Virus record (IMG/VR): IMGVR_UViG_3300005529_000032
Location: 6,594 to 70,593 of that record
Source: a virus
Direction: 5' to 3' (one strand)
DNA: 64,000 nt
Shown: piece by piece, positions 44,606 through 57,900 of the stretch
How positions within the stretch are numbered: position 1 is the stretch's first letter
Layout: each line of letters starts with the position of its first letter
Position numbers and translations under genes: made by a program
The notes under the pieces: model-generated
What the model was told of the DNA's origin: nothing
Databases searched by the model: none
What the model saw: the letters and a program-made list of their open reading frames with translations, nothing else

Positions 44606-44811
44606 CGTGCTACCTCCTATTACTAAGTAGTCATACTGACTGTAATCGTACTACGGGTACGAACTGAGGCAACCAGCAAAACTTCAGGTCTTTTTGGTTG
44701 CTCGGGGACGGCGCCGCAACGGGCAGGAGGGCACACATTTCCTGTGTGCTTCCAGAGACGGAAGCGCTGCGTGAGGTCAGCGCAACTGTGTTATATTGCC
44801 TTCAGTTTCGC

Positions 44812-44877
44812 GACTAGTCTCGTACTAGCCGGACTAGTGCGCTACGTATTACTTATAAGACTAGTCCGACACTAGTT
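44812..44877. promoter_or_regulatory. Cluster of five ACTAGY operator-like sites in a divergent intergenic region
   Basis: GACTAGTC 44812, TACTAGCC 44823, GACTAGTG 44832, GACTAGTC 44859, CACTAGTT 44870. Confidence 0.6.
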
Positions 44878-44927
44878 CAAGGTTTTTGTTTCAATTGCGC
44901 GAAGGTTTGGGTGGACGTCAAGCTGGG

Positions 44928-45494
44928 ATGAAACGCGGTGGTGGTGGACTCAATAAAAGAAAGAAAGCTCAGGCCGACGAGGTTGAGCAGATTTCTTTCA
45001 AGCTTCTAGGAAAAGAAGCTCGCTTGAAACAGCGGTTCCTCGAAATGCTGCAGCGACGTGGCTCCAGCATGCGGGACCGGCTGATTGCTTATATGTATTT
45101 CGACGTGAAGCACGACGGCGAGGTAGTGATGATGCCCTTGCGTGCGCACGATTCGGAATCCACAGATTTTCCACAAGATTTCGACAAGTATCTAGGAGGA
45201 CTAGGTGAAGTTACCATGGAATCACCCAGTCACGAGTGCTACAGTCAACTGGCAATTATTCTGGACCAAGCCCCGGAAGATATCCGGGACTTAGTTACTA
45301 GGACGATCGAGAAATTTGCACAAGTCACCGTCCAACATAGACTTTTTGACGAAAACATAGATGGGCGAGACAAAGAGAGGGACATCCGCCAGCCTCGGCC
45401 GGATAGACCTAAGCACCTGCCAGGAGATCGCGACGTTGCTCGGCGAACTGGCACTGTTAAAAACCAGAGCCATCTGGGTGGAGAGACAGGTTAG
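44928..45494 (+). CDS. Putative repressor (RHH-like N-terminus) in the cI position
   Basis: 'QISFKL...LKQRFLEMLQRRGSSMRDRLIAYM'; divergent from the RHH gene. Confidence 0.5.
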   Translation: MKRGGGGLNKRKKAQADEVEQISFKLLGKEARLKQRFLEMLQRRGSSMRDRLIAYMYFDVKHDGEVVMMPLRAHDSESTDFPQDFDKYLGGLGEVTMESPSHECYSQLAIILDQAPEDIRDLVTRTIEKFAQVTVQHRLFDENIDGRDKERDIRQPRPDRPKHLPGDRDVARRTGTVKNQSHLGGETG

Positions 45495-45676
45495 AAACCT
45501 GTTGAAGGAGCTTGGGGCTCGAGCCCCATGTAAAAAGCCGGTTCTCCCGGAGCGGGGAAAAGCCACAAAACGGCATCGGGAGTCCGCTTAGATGTGACGT
45601 TTAATCCGTAGCTGTCTTGTCCGTCGACGTTCCGTCCGTGGTGTTTCGGCAGTAATTCCTATAGGATGCGTCCTTC

Positions 45677-45988
45677 ATGGGACGTAAACACGCCACCAAG
45701 TCGGCCAAGTCGACCAAGGCCATTAACGAAGCATTCGGAAAGGCTCTCCGAATGCTTCGCGAATCAAAGCAGTGGTCGCAGGAGGAATTTGCCCGGCAAT
45801 GCGAGCTCGACCGCACTTACATTTCCCTCATTGAGCGGGGGAAGCAAAGCCCCACACTAAGAAATGTTCAAATATTTTGCCGTGGATTGGATATCTCGCT
45901 GGTCGAGCTATTCGCGCTGGTTGAAAAGAACCTGCCGCACGACAAATATCACTGCACTTCCGCCGGCACTGCGAAGTCGGGCCGATGA
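45677..45988 (+). CDS. XRE-family HTH regulator
   Basis: 'FGKALRMLRESKQWSQEEFARQCELDRTYISLIERGKQSPTL'. Confidence 0.9.
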   Translation: MGRKHATKSAKSTKAINEAFGKALRMLRESKQWSQEEFARQCELDRTYISLIERGKQSPTLRNVQIFCRGLDISLVELFALVEKNLPHDKYHCTSAGTAKSGR

Positions 45989-48900
45989 ACCAGAGGCGGA
46001 GTTCGGAAGTGGAGTTTGTTGGCTAAGTCACGCGTATCAGCATCCCAGAGAAAGGGCTTGCGCCAAGCCTTAGAGAGCTTCTCCCGCATGATGCCCTCCA
46101 CGTGTTTCCGTTCTTCCGGACTTGCGGCATCGTACGCCTTGAGCGCGGTGTAAAGGCCATCGCCCGAGACGGGCAGGCTCTTGAACGCGGCAGCCAGTGT
46201 GTTCTGGTGCGCACGGGAGACGATGCTCTTCACGTCCGCAGAAGTCAGCGTTCCGTCCCGGATCGCGCTCTGTGCGATCTGCCGAACTTTATTCATGTCG
46301 CCGGACTTCGTCGCAAGGAACAGTTGCGCCCTCGCGCGAGAGTGTTCCGTCGGTGCCGGGGTGACTTGTGCCCGCTGTTCCTGCTGGAACTGCGCGATGA
46401 TCTTTTCGGCTTTGCTCATCCCAACGTCGCGCCCGGCCGGCATGATGCCGACGAGCGGCAACGCGGTTTTCGCAAGGGACTGTCCTCGCTCGAGGTTCTT
46501 TTTGACACCTTGCACAGAATAGGGCGTTACGAAGCTGCCCAGATAATTGCCGAGTCCGACGCCGCCGTGGCCGATAATCTTTTCATTGCGATAGGTCCGG
46601 TTGCGCGCCAAGCCGCCCACAATACTGAGCAGTGGAGCGGACTTCGCAACCAGTGTCGCGGTCGGCTTGGTGAGGTAAGAGTAAACGTCCTTTGCCAAGT
46701 AGGTCGGCAAAACGATGCGGCTGGGCTGGCCGTCCTCGGTGATTCCGCCGTCCCGCGGCATGACGTAATCCATGAGCTCATCCGGACGTTGGCCGCTCAA
46801 GAGCCAACTGACGACGGCATTGATGACTGCGCCGCCAAGCAGCAGAGCGATGAGAAACGCCGTCCGGTCCGTGAACTCGACCGGTTTGCCGCGTGCCCCG
46901 TCGCCAATCATCTTCAGAGCATCGTAGACGCCGCCGCCAAGCTCGCGAACGCTTCCAATATTCCATCCAGGCCGCCCGACTCCGGCATTCATCAGGTTCC
47001 GGACAATGCCGTTCATGAACAGGTTCTTCTGCGAGAGTTGACCAAACCGGTTATCGATGGAGTCCCAGATTTTGCCGAACCGTTCGCGTGCTTCGTCCAG
47101 GGTCATGTCCGGACGTTGTTCGAGCTCAAGTTGCGCCCGTCGTGCGAACGCGCCGAGTTTCACGCGTGGAACCAAGTACTCCATAATCGGCTTCATGATC
47201 TGTTCCATGGCCGCAAAGGGTGCCCGGATACTCGTGCCGAAGATGCGCCGGAGGAAATTGCCCTGCCGGTTCCAAGCGTTCTTCATCCCTTGCGTCCAGT
47301 TCGTCGCGTAATAGAGATCCTGCCGGGCACGGCCGCCGCCCTTCTTGAGCGCGTCGACAATGGCGTAGGTCATCGGGTCCGGAGCCTGCTCCGTGCCATC
47401 CCAGACCTTCTGCAGTTTCGTCCCACTCAAAAAATCACTTGTCACGGAAGCGAAGGGCGTAAAGCCGCGGACTATCGCCTTTCCGGCCTCGATGGGCTTG
47501 GCGGCTGCGAGTTGCTTTAAGCCGAGCGCTATATCAGAGAACGAGGAATTGAGCGCCGTTGTCAGACCGTGATACCAACTTGCGCTCAGTTCGATCATGT
47601 TGAGCGTGTTGTTCGCATCGCGCCACAGCTTGAAGGCGTCGAGTTGGATACCGGGCGAGAGGTGATTATTGATGACCCGCGCCAGTGGTTCGGCGGCCCA
47701 GTAGCGCCCCATCTCGCGCCGGCCGAACACGCGAACATAACTCGGCGAGACGACGTCGTTGATGTGTTTGCTGGTGTGCTCCCAGTCGGCTTGCGCGATC
47801 TCGAAGTCTTCCGGGTCCTCGTAATCTTGTGGCCTCGGAGCCGGGATATCGATCTTCACTGCGCCACGTTTCGGACCGAAAACAGTAAAGATTCGGTCGT
47901 CGATGGGCGCTAATCCCTGAGCCCGCGCCTGCCGTTCGCCGCCCGCGCGGACATAGGCAATGCGTCCCTCGCTCTGGAGTTCGTCAAAGACCAAGTGCGC
48001 CGTGATGGATTTATCCATTTGCGCGAGCTTCGACAAAATGAAGTCGACCGGATTGTCGAACTTCGCCTCGAGCGTAAAGTCCGGATCTTCGAGAGCTTCC
48101 TTGAGCGTCGGGTATTTGCGCTGCTTCTTGAACGCCTCCGACCCGGCTATGGGACGTTTTTGCAGCCATCCCTGAACCCAGTCCGCCGCCTGGTCCGGCT
48201 TCTTGTACTCGTGCGGCAGGTAATTCTCGATGTACGCGCGGAGAATGCCGAGATCCTGGAGTTCCTGATACCGGCCATCGAACATCTTGCGAGCCACGTC
48301 CGCGAAAGCTCTCTCGATGGGCGATAACTTGGCTGTCTGGCCCGTCTCGATCGCGTCGTAAACGTCGAGACCATAGACGCCGTGCTTCTTTACACCGCTC
48401 TTATAGAAGTAGTCCTTGAAAGTCTTGAGCGCATTGTAGGCACGGTCCCGCCGCTGGTCCTGCTCGGACATCATCTCGCGCAACATTCCGGTGCCCTTGC
48501 GTGCCGGTTCGCCGCGGGTTTGCGGCGCGGTGAGGCTCTGGATGTCATCGAGAGACTTGGCCAAGCGCTGTGCCGCGGATTTAAATACAGGCGCGATGTC
48601 CTCGGAGAACAGTTCATGCAGGTCGCCGGCGAACTTCTGCAGCTTTGCCAGATCCTGCGGCGCCAGGATGATCGACCCGCGCTCTCCTTCGCTCCGGCGA
48701 ACCAGCAAGGGACCTTTGCCGTGCTCGAGCGAGACTTCCCCCTCGCCACGCTCGACGTACCACTCATCCGGGTCCGCGTTGAGCCGCTCTTTCGACTGCT
48801 CGGGCGTCTCCGCCGGCGGAGTCCACTTATTGTTGAAGTCCCTCGCCTTGTCCTGAAACCCCGCAGGCATCTTCGTCCAGTTCCAGTCGAGTGATGCAGC

Positions 48901-51900
48901 CGCCTTCCGGGCGTAATCGACGGCATGCCAATCGGTCCGCAAGCCGCCGCGAATCAGTAATCCGCTCGGGATGTGCTGCACGTTCCATGTGGGTCCGGCG
49001 CCGCGGTAAGCCGGTTTCTCTTCCGAAACGCCAAGTTCCGGAGTGACTATGTTTCCTTTGACGGTGAAGCGCGAGCCGTTGGATGATGAACCCTGCCACT
49101 TGCGCTGCGGAAGCCACTTCGCATGTATGGACGCGTTCGGGTCCTGCAGGAACTTATAGAGCGGGTTAGAGGGGTTTGTCTGCGCCTCTTCGGCGGCCCG
49201 CAATGCTGCTTTGTCATCGCCGGTTTCGCCGAGCTTCATTGCGAGCTCCGCCTGCCGGCGCTTCATTTGGGCGAGCTTTTCTTCCTGTGGAAATGCGTCT
49301 CCGTACTTACTTTCTAGCTCCGTCTGCTTTTTCGTGAACCGGCGCAGTTCGTCCCGCTGATGCTTCAGCAGGTCATTGAACTCGACCTGCCGCTTCATCG
49401 TGTCCATGATGGCTTCGGAGGTTTCCTTCGAACCATAGGGGGACGAAATGGCATAAGTGCCGGACGACGCTTTGAGACGCGCACCCGGCGTGGTGTAGAT
49501 CGCAATGTGGTTCGTAGCGCTGCGCCAAGGTATCTCGGACGCCTCGCCTTTGGTCTTCTCCCAGTCCGCGTGCACCTTCTCGGCGTCTTCCCGGCTGAGT
49601 TCCTTAGTCTTGATCTCCTCCGGCATATAGCGGTTGTTCCGCATGTCGGCGACATCGTTATAACCTTGGAGCTCGTAGTACATCACCTTCTTGTCAGGAA
49701 GCTGCACGCGCACGAAGCTGCGCGCCTTGCGGCCTTTCTCGGTGCGTCCTTCAATGCTGTTCGTGCGTGCGATGGTCTGGAGCTCAAAGCCGCGGTACGT
49801 GGCGTCGATGGTTCTGCCGTCCTGGGCGACCGGGCCCATGGAGTCGAGCAGTTGGAAGAGTGCCTCGCCGCCCTTGCTGCGCATCTCATTGCCCGAAAAC
49901 CGCTGTCCGGCGACAATCATGTCCGGATTTGCGTCGCGTGTGGCGATGTCCTCTTCGTACTCCTGAATGCGCTCTTTCGTGGCCCGAATGGTCGCGGGAA
50001 GCGTGGCCATTTGCTGCGCGATAGCGCTCTGTTCACTGAGAAATGCGCCGCGCATGACGTCGAGCTTGTGGATGTCCTGGTCGAGGATGATCTTTTCCCG
50101 GATCTCCGGGTTGCCGGACGAGATCGCTTTCGCCTGCTCATAACTGAGCACCAGGGGCGAGAGCTCGTCGACGTCATCCATGTTCGGGTCGCCTTCCATT
50201 AACTGCTCGATCGGCGCCGCTTTGCTCGAGAGCGTTTCCCACATGAACGCGTCGAAACTGCCCTCGGTCATGTAGCGATACAAGCGAACCGATTTGATGT
50301 GGCCGTTATCGTAGAGCCAGTTTCCCTGCCGCACAATGCGACCGTCGCGTTGCTGCATGTCGCGAGGCCGCCAGGGAGCGTCAAGGTGATGCAAGGCAAC
50401 CAGTAGCCGCTGGACGTTCGTCCCGGCACCCATCTTCTCCGTACTACCCAATAAGACCCGGAGCTTGCCGGAGTTCATCCGGTCGAACATATCCTGCTTC
50501 TGCGCGTCCGTTTTGGCGTCCTGCGCAAAGGCAATTTCGTCTGCTGGGATACCGCTCTTCACGAGCTTCTTTTTGATGTCCTCGTACACCGAGGCGCGTT
50601 CGCGCGACTCCTCGGCCGTTTCGGCTTCTTCTTCCTCCTCTTCTTCTTTGCCGCCGAACGGGTCCTCTTCGTCCGCTTCGGCTGCGGGTTTGTTTGCGAT
50701 CTCGAGCGCGGGCTTGGCTTTTACCTTCTCGCTCTTCGGCGTCCCGAGGTCGAGAAATACAAGCTGCGTTCCCTTGAGGTCTTTGAACTCGTTGTAGACG
50801 TCGAGAATCTGCTTAACTGCCAAGTTCGGCTTGCTCTTCGGGTCATCGGGCAGGCTGGGCCGGACTAACCGCATGTCGAGCGAGGCTTTGCGACCGTCGC
50901 TCGAGATTTTGAGCATGTTGTCCTGCTCGGGTTCCACCTCGCCCGCGCGGACCGCGTCCGCACGCTCGCCGATGTGCAGAACGTATTCCTTCAGCGCGTC
51001 CGATGCCGGCGCAACAATGTCGACGTAGCCGCCCTTGTAAACGGCAGGCGTCGGTAGATTCAATTGCTTCGCGGTTCGGATGTCCGCCACAAGGCGGAAC
51101 ATGGCCATCATCTGTGCCGCGTTCTTGAACTTACTGAAGCGGGTGCGCTGGATGAAGCGGCCGCCCTCGGGTGCGACCTCCATCTGGGTGCGCGTTTCGC
51201 CGAATGTTTTGGCCCATGCGTCGAACTGGTCGAACCCTTCGCGCTCGAGGTAGTTCGGCATCAGATACCGCATCATCGTCCAGATCTCGGCGATGGAGTT
51301 ACTCACTGGCGTTCCGGTCGCAAACACAACACCTTTGTCGCCGCCGTGCAAGCCGGACACGAAGCGGGTCTTGAGCAACATATCCGTCGCGCGGTCGCTA
51401 TCGGTGTTCGGCAAACCAGCGATACGGTCCATTTGTGTCATGTAGCCGAGGTTCTTGAACAGGTCCGCCTCGTCCACAAAAATCTGATCGACGCCGAGTT
51501 CTTCAAACGTGAGCCCGGTGTCCTTGGACTCTTTCTTTAGCCGCTTCTCGAGCTTCGCCTCGAGCGAGGCTTTACGGCGATACAGTTGCTTGATGGTCGG
51601 GTTCTGCCGCGCGTCCTTGTCGGACATGCCCGCGCGTGCGGCGTCGATCGCCTCTTCGATCTCACTGAGTTGCTCTTCAACGAAGTTCTTGTACGTCTCC
51701 GGCTTGACGCCGAGTTTCTCAAAGCTCTTATGCCCGACGATAACCGCGTCATAGTTGCCGGACGCGATACGCGCCATGAGCCGCTGGCGGTTCTGCTTCT
51801 CGAAGTCCTTCTTTGTGGGCACCAGGATTTGCGCACCTGGATAAGCGCGCATCCAATCGTCGGCCCACTGCTGTACGAGATGGTTCGGGACGGCTACCAA

Positions 51901-54900
51901 TGGCTTCTTACGCATGCCGAGACGGCGCAACTCCATCGCCGCCATAATCATCTCGAGCGTCTTCCCGGCTCCGACGACGTGGGCATAGAGCGTGTTCCCT
52001 GATTGGATGGTGCGCCAGACGGCATTCTGCTGATGCGGCTCCGGCTTCCCAGACCGTAGCCACGAGGTATTGAGACCGGGGAACGTGAGGTGCGAGCCGT
52101 CATACTCGCGCAACCGCAGATTATTCACCTCAATGTTGAACTTCTGCTCGAGCCGCTGTGACCGCTCCGGATCGCGCCACAACCAGTTCGTAAACGCATC
52201 CTTGAGTTTCTGCTGCTTCTCGACAGCTTTGATGGTCTCGTCGGGATTCTTGACGGTACGCTCGTTGCCGTCCATGTCCGTATAAGTGTCACGCGCAACC
52301 GGACTCTGGCCGTTCAATGCTTTCTCGAACAAGTCGATGCCGTCGAAGTAAGCCGTTCCGAACTCGGTTGTATTCGCTACGCCGTGGTCGCTGAAATGCG
52401 GACTGGTATTAACGCCAAAAGTACCCGTCTGCACGATGTAGTTCACAGCCTGACTGGCGGGTCGTTCCGGGGAGCCCATCGCGCCCTCGACGCGCAGAAC
52501 CTCGTGCGCGAACCGTGAATAGTCGGTGTCCGGTATCCACGTAGCGCCGAGCGAAGCTTTAATCTTGCCGGCTGGTTTCCAGGCAGGCTGAACCTTCTCG
52601 AGCGCTTCGACGTTCGCCTGAAACTCGGGATGCTCTTCTGCGATGAACTTCGCATCCGCTAGTTTCTGCCGGACATTGCCCGAAAGATACTCGTCCTGAG
52701 TCTCCCATTTATTGCTCGTGGGGTTGCGGAAGATCTTGCCCGTGAGCTCCTTCTGCAGCGTTGCCGGGTCGCGTCCGGTCAACTCCTGCATCCGGTCCCA
52801 GTCCATGCGCCCGAGCTCATTCAGGCTGACGGCGAGCGCTTCGGCCGCAGTGTCAACACGCTCGATACGCTGGGGCTTCTGAATGGTGCGGCCATGGAAG
52901 ATCGGTCGCGTCTTCGCGATGACATAGCGGTCCTTGCCGTGAGTAAGAACAACTTGTTTGCCGTCCTTCGAGACGCTCCACTTCCCCTTGTCCTTCGCCG
53001 CCTTGGGGGCGTCCCGATAGGCATCTTTGTTGAAATCTTCGAGTAGTCCGGAAACGACTGGCCAATCCGGATCTTGCGCAAACACTAAAGCATTGCCGAG
53101 CAGACCGACGGGCCCATACTCGGCGACAAAGCCCGCGTATTCCTTATTCAGGTCCGCGCGGGCCTTTGTGACCTCTTCCTCCGGCATGTCGAGCCGCTGA
53201 GTGCGAATGACCTCGCGAGCCATCCCCCGGAGTTCGATCAGGCCGCGCATACGGTCGAGTTTCTTCCCCTTGAAGGTGACCGGCTTAAACACTCCGCCTT
53301 GACGCTGAACGACTGCACCGTTGACGATGCCGAACTGATGATCTTTGATATGACTCGCGTCCGGATAGTTCTCGACTAACTCGTCGTTCGCTCCGGTGTG
53401 TCCTGCGGTCCAGTCCGGCATGACGTTAGCCGGGAGCCGATTAAACAGGTCCTTCAGCTTGTCCATGCTGAACTCGCCGAAGAGTTCTGGATAGCCGCGA
53501 GCGTACTGCGTTCCCGGCCTCATCTCGCCCATCATCATTTCCGGATGAGCGTGGAAATACTCATTGACGTTGACCAACTCTCCGCCCGGCATGGTGAGCT
53601 TTGGAGATTCGAGCCACTTGTTATCGGTCAGCGGAACTTCGCCGGGCATCCGCTTGCGGAGTGCGATGATGTCGACCGTGACGCTGGTGCCGGCATTCTC
53701 TTGAAACGTGTCGCGCGGTAAGCGAATGGCGCCGAGTAATTCGGCCCGTTCATTCATCCACTTCCGGAACCCTTGGTTCTGACCGTCCATGGTGTACCGC
53801 GACGTGATGGCGAACATAATGCCGCCCGGCCGCAGTTTGTCCATGGTCTTCGCGAAGAAGTAGTTATGAACGTTCTTTGTGAGGAAAGGTTGCCGTTTGT
53901 AAGCCGGGTCCACGACCGGATGATTTGCGAACGGGACATTGCCGATCGCCGCATCGAAGTAGTTGTCCGGCAGATTCGTTTCCTGGTAACCCTTCACAAG
54001 GACGTTGCTGCCTGGGAACAGAGCGCGGGACATAGCGCCGGTCATAACGTCGAGCTCTACACCCGTGCGCGAGGTGCCCGGCATCAGGTCCTCGGGCATC
54101 ATCATGAAGAAGTTGCCGATACCCATGCCGGGTTCGATGACGCTCTGGCCGGCGTGGAAGCCCATGCGTTTCAGCGCATCCCACATAGCCGCTGCGATAT
54201 CGCGCCGGGTATAGTGCGCGTTCTGAGTGGAAGCCTCAGCCGCCCGCAGTTCTTCGCGGCTTAGTAACCCGTGCAGGTCTTCGCGCAGTCCGGCCCACTC
54301 GCGCTTATAGCCGGTGAAGATGCCTTGTGCGATCTCGGACATGCCCCACCCGACGAACTTTGCAATCTTCTGCTGTTCCTCGAGCGTAGCCGCGCGGTTG
54401 CCCTCGGCAATGATCTGTTTGATGGTACGGATGGCCTCGAGGTTCGCTCGAGCGCGGGTCTTTGCGCCGCTGTTTTCGATTGCGGCTGCTTCTTCGACGG
54501 TTAGCCGGAAGTCTCCGGAGAGGTTATTGGTTGGAGTTGGCTCGGCCTGAACGTCAGAGGCGCGGGTTCCTCCGGCAGGAGATACCACTCCCGGTACGCG
54601 ATCTCCTGCGCCCGGTCGTACGGCATGTTGTTCGGGCTCGACGTGAGTGTCTGCATGAGGTCCAGCGTGTTCACCGCCGCCGCCCAGACCGCCTGGTAGA
54701 GTTTCCCCTCCTTCTCCAGGTCCGCGCACATCTTGGGCCGGAATTCCTTCCAGTGCTCGAGGACCTTCTCCGCGAACGGGCTCTCTTCCACCTCGTTCCG
54801 TGCCTGCTGTTCCGGCGTCACTGGGTTCCTCCGCTTCTATTTTCTCAGGGGCTTCAATATCCCGTGGTCTGGCGAGGTCTACGGCGGGTTCAGGCGCGGG

Positions 54901-57900
54901 TGCCTCTGCGTTCGTCAGCAGGTTGAGAGGGACAGTGTAGACCTTGCCAATGGGATGGTATCCGGGGATCTTCATCCCCTCATCACCTTTCACCCTGGCA
55001 GTTCCGTCCTCCTGGTCGATGCCGCGGATGGTTCCGGTGACCACGTCGCCATTCGTCCGGGTCCACTGAACGCGGTCGCCTTCCTTGAACTCTGGCGCGG
55101 CGGCTTCTGATTCCTGCGGTGCTGCCTCGATCGCGTGCGGCGTGCCGAGGTCCTGGGGTTCTGTAGGCTCCGGTGTAGGCGCTATCTCCGTGGTTTGTGC
55201 TCTCGGGAAGTCGTCCCTCTCGGGTCTTGGACCGGCCGCGCGCCACGCCTCGTGGTTTATCTTTGCCGTAGTCCAGTCAGGATGCTCAGCGTTTAGACGC
55301 CGTGCGTGTTCGCCAACCGACTCACCCCAGACACGTTTTGCCGCCTCCCAAGCATCCCAATCCCATTTCAGATAGTTTGCGTATCCTTCTCGCGCATTAC
55401 GCTCTACCTCTTCGTCGCTTATCCGCTTGCCTTCTTGTCGGTCAGCATCCTTGGAGGCAAATTCAGTGAGATACTCCTCGTCAGGTTCGATACCCTTGGC
55501 GCGAGCATCCTGTTGTCGAGACAAATACGCACGCTGGTAAGCCGCGTTCCAGCGCTTCAGTTGGTCATTTTGTGCCTCAATCTCATCGTTCTTAAAAGTA
55601 TCGAAGGTTAAGACTGGCAACTTGCCAGATGGCGCTTCAACCTTAGCTGACGGCACCTCAACTTGACTTGACGGCTGCGCTTCCCGTGCCTGCGCTCCGA
55701 CCTCCTGCGGTCGAGCGAGGTCTTCGGGCAGCGGTGCGGCTGGTGCTGGGATATGGCGCCCGACCAAGTCCCGCATCGCCGTCTGAAAATTTTGATCGCG
55801 CGGAATTTGCGAATATTCTTGCGCGAACGTTCTAAATTCCTCCGGAGTCTTCAGACCGCCGCGGTCGCGAACCATCTTGGCCGCTTGTAGAACCGCACTG
55901 GGAGCACCCGCCTCCGTAACGTCGCCGGCTAGGACCTTTTGCCAAAGCGAGTCGTACATATTCCCGGTGATGGCGCTCGCCATCTCGCCGCCAGCTTTAT
56001 CGAGCCCGGTCTGACTAAGGCGTGGCGCCGCAACCTGGGTTGCTGGCGTTTCAACTGGGGTTGTAGTCTGCTCGACCGGCTGTGGCGCGGCAAGATCCTG
56101 GGGAGCGGGGGCCGGAGTTACGGTGGGTGGTGCCTCCGGTTGTTGCCTCTCTCCCAGGACCTGCTCCGGCGACTCCACGCTGACGCTGCCGCCCGGTGGA
56201 GTCAGATTCTGCGTCGCCTGAACGGTCTTCTCGAAGTGCTCGGGATCTGTGACCGTGCTCTGGACTTCTGTGCCGTACGGAGCTCGCCCGACAACGGTAA
56301 TTTCCTGCCCTGGTGTGATCTCGGACTTGTCCGGCGAACCGAGGCCGACACTCGCATCGCCTAGCAACTCATGGAGGGTATTATTCGCCGCGGCACGCCG
56401 GATCTCCCCGCGCGTAATGAGATCGTCCCGGTAGACGTAGATGTTGCCGAACGGGTCATGCGTGGTCGCAGTTCCCGGCGGATACTGGGTCGGCATCGGG
56501 CCGCCCTTTGGAAACATAACAACGCGCCGCTGCCCGGTCGCCAACTGCCCCAATTGAGCATTCAGGGTGTCCGGCGATTCCGGAACCGTTTGGACCGCGG
56601 CCGTCGGCGGATTCGGTGTTGCCGGCGAGACTCTTTCTGATTTGGTGATCGGCGGAGGCTCTGGTTTTTCTGCGAGTGGCTCCTCCGGTGAGCCTGCTGC
56701 CGGGGTTGCTTTAGGTCCCTTGGTTCCCGGCTCGAATCCGTGCATCGCCGCAGACGGAGCGGTGGGGATTTGCGTACCGGCATGCTGCTCGATGAACGAC
56801 CGCGCCTCATCAAACGAGCCCTTGAAGACCACTTGGGGCTCGAGGGGCGGTCGCTGTCCCAATGCCTCGGTCGTTAGTCTTTCCGATTCCAGCGCGATCT
56901 GAACAAAATCCCAATCCGGATGTTCGTCGGATAAGTTCCTTCGATTGACTAAATCGAGCTGGTGCCAAGCCGGCAGGTCTCCCTGTTGGTGCACTATATA
57001 GTTGCCCTCTGGGTCCGGGCCTTGAATGGAGTACCTTGGGGCAGTCAGGTCTGGTGCTACGCCGGCACCCTTCGTTGGATGCTCGCCCAGTTCCTCCTCA
57101 AATCCTGCAAACGGATCTATCCGGCTCGCCTGGGCATTCCGGATGAGTTGGATCTTGTTAGCAACAGCCGCTTGCCGCTGAATCAATTGGTCGCGCTTGC
57201 GCGGATTCCTAATCTCGTTCGGGTCACGTTGCAGTAGAGTTAGTTCTTCGGGGGTGAGATAGTCCTCGGGCTGGCTGGCTCCGGGTCGCGCCTGCTCGGC
57301 TGTTTGCGCCAATGGACCAGTCCCTCTACCCGCCTGCTGCTCCGCCCATTGCTGCATTTGCTCTGGCAGGATGGCGCCCGGCGCATGCTCCGGCAGCACC
57401 GGAGTTGCGCCCTTGGAGCGTATCCAGGACAAGATGTCGCTCGGCTTCCCGGTAAACACGTTTTTGCCAGTCTCGTCCGTCAGTTGGAAAAGTGGACTCC
57501 CGCGGCGGTCCCCTCCACCCGCTCCCAGCGTGACTTGGCTACCGTCCGGCAGGCTATAGCGCTGCTCGACGCCCTGCAGTATGCGATCAGCAAGGTCTGC
57601 GCCGAGTTGCTGCCGTTCACGCATATCGCCAATCTGTTGCCAGCGCTCCGCGGCCTCGGCCTTTATTTGTGCGTATCGCTGGATGCGATTTCGTAATGCA
57701 ATCTCGCCAGTTCCCCAGAGTGCAGGGAGCATGCCGATGAGTTGGCCGGTTTCCTGCGCATCCTCGTCATTCATTCCGGCGCGCTTGGCCGTGTAGGTCG
57801 AGAGGTCAGACACCCCCTGAGACAATCCCCACCAGCCAGCAGCCATAGGGATATCGGCAGCGCCCAAACCCGCGAGCGCCGGGGTCGCAGCCTCGAACGC

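Noticed and set aside
44997-45011. Tract B five-dinucleotide match to 'FKLLG' in the repressor-like gene (and 'LGAI' in the giant gene near 53730)
   Set aside because: Runs of 4-5 dinucleotides are expected by chance in 128 kb of searchable sequence, and the flanks do not match.
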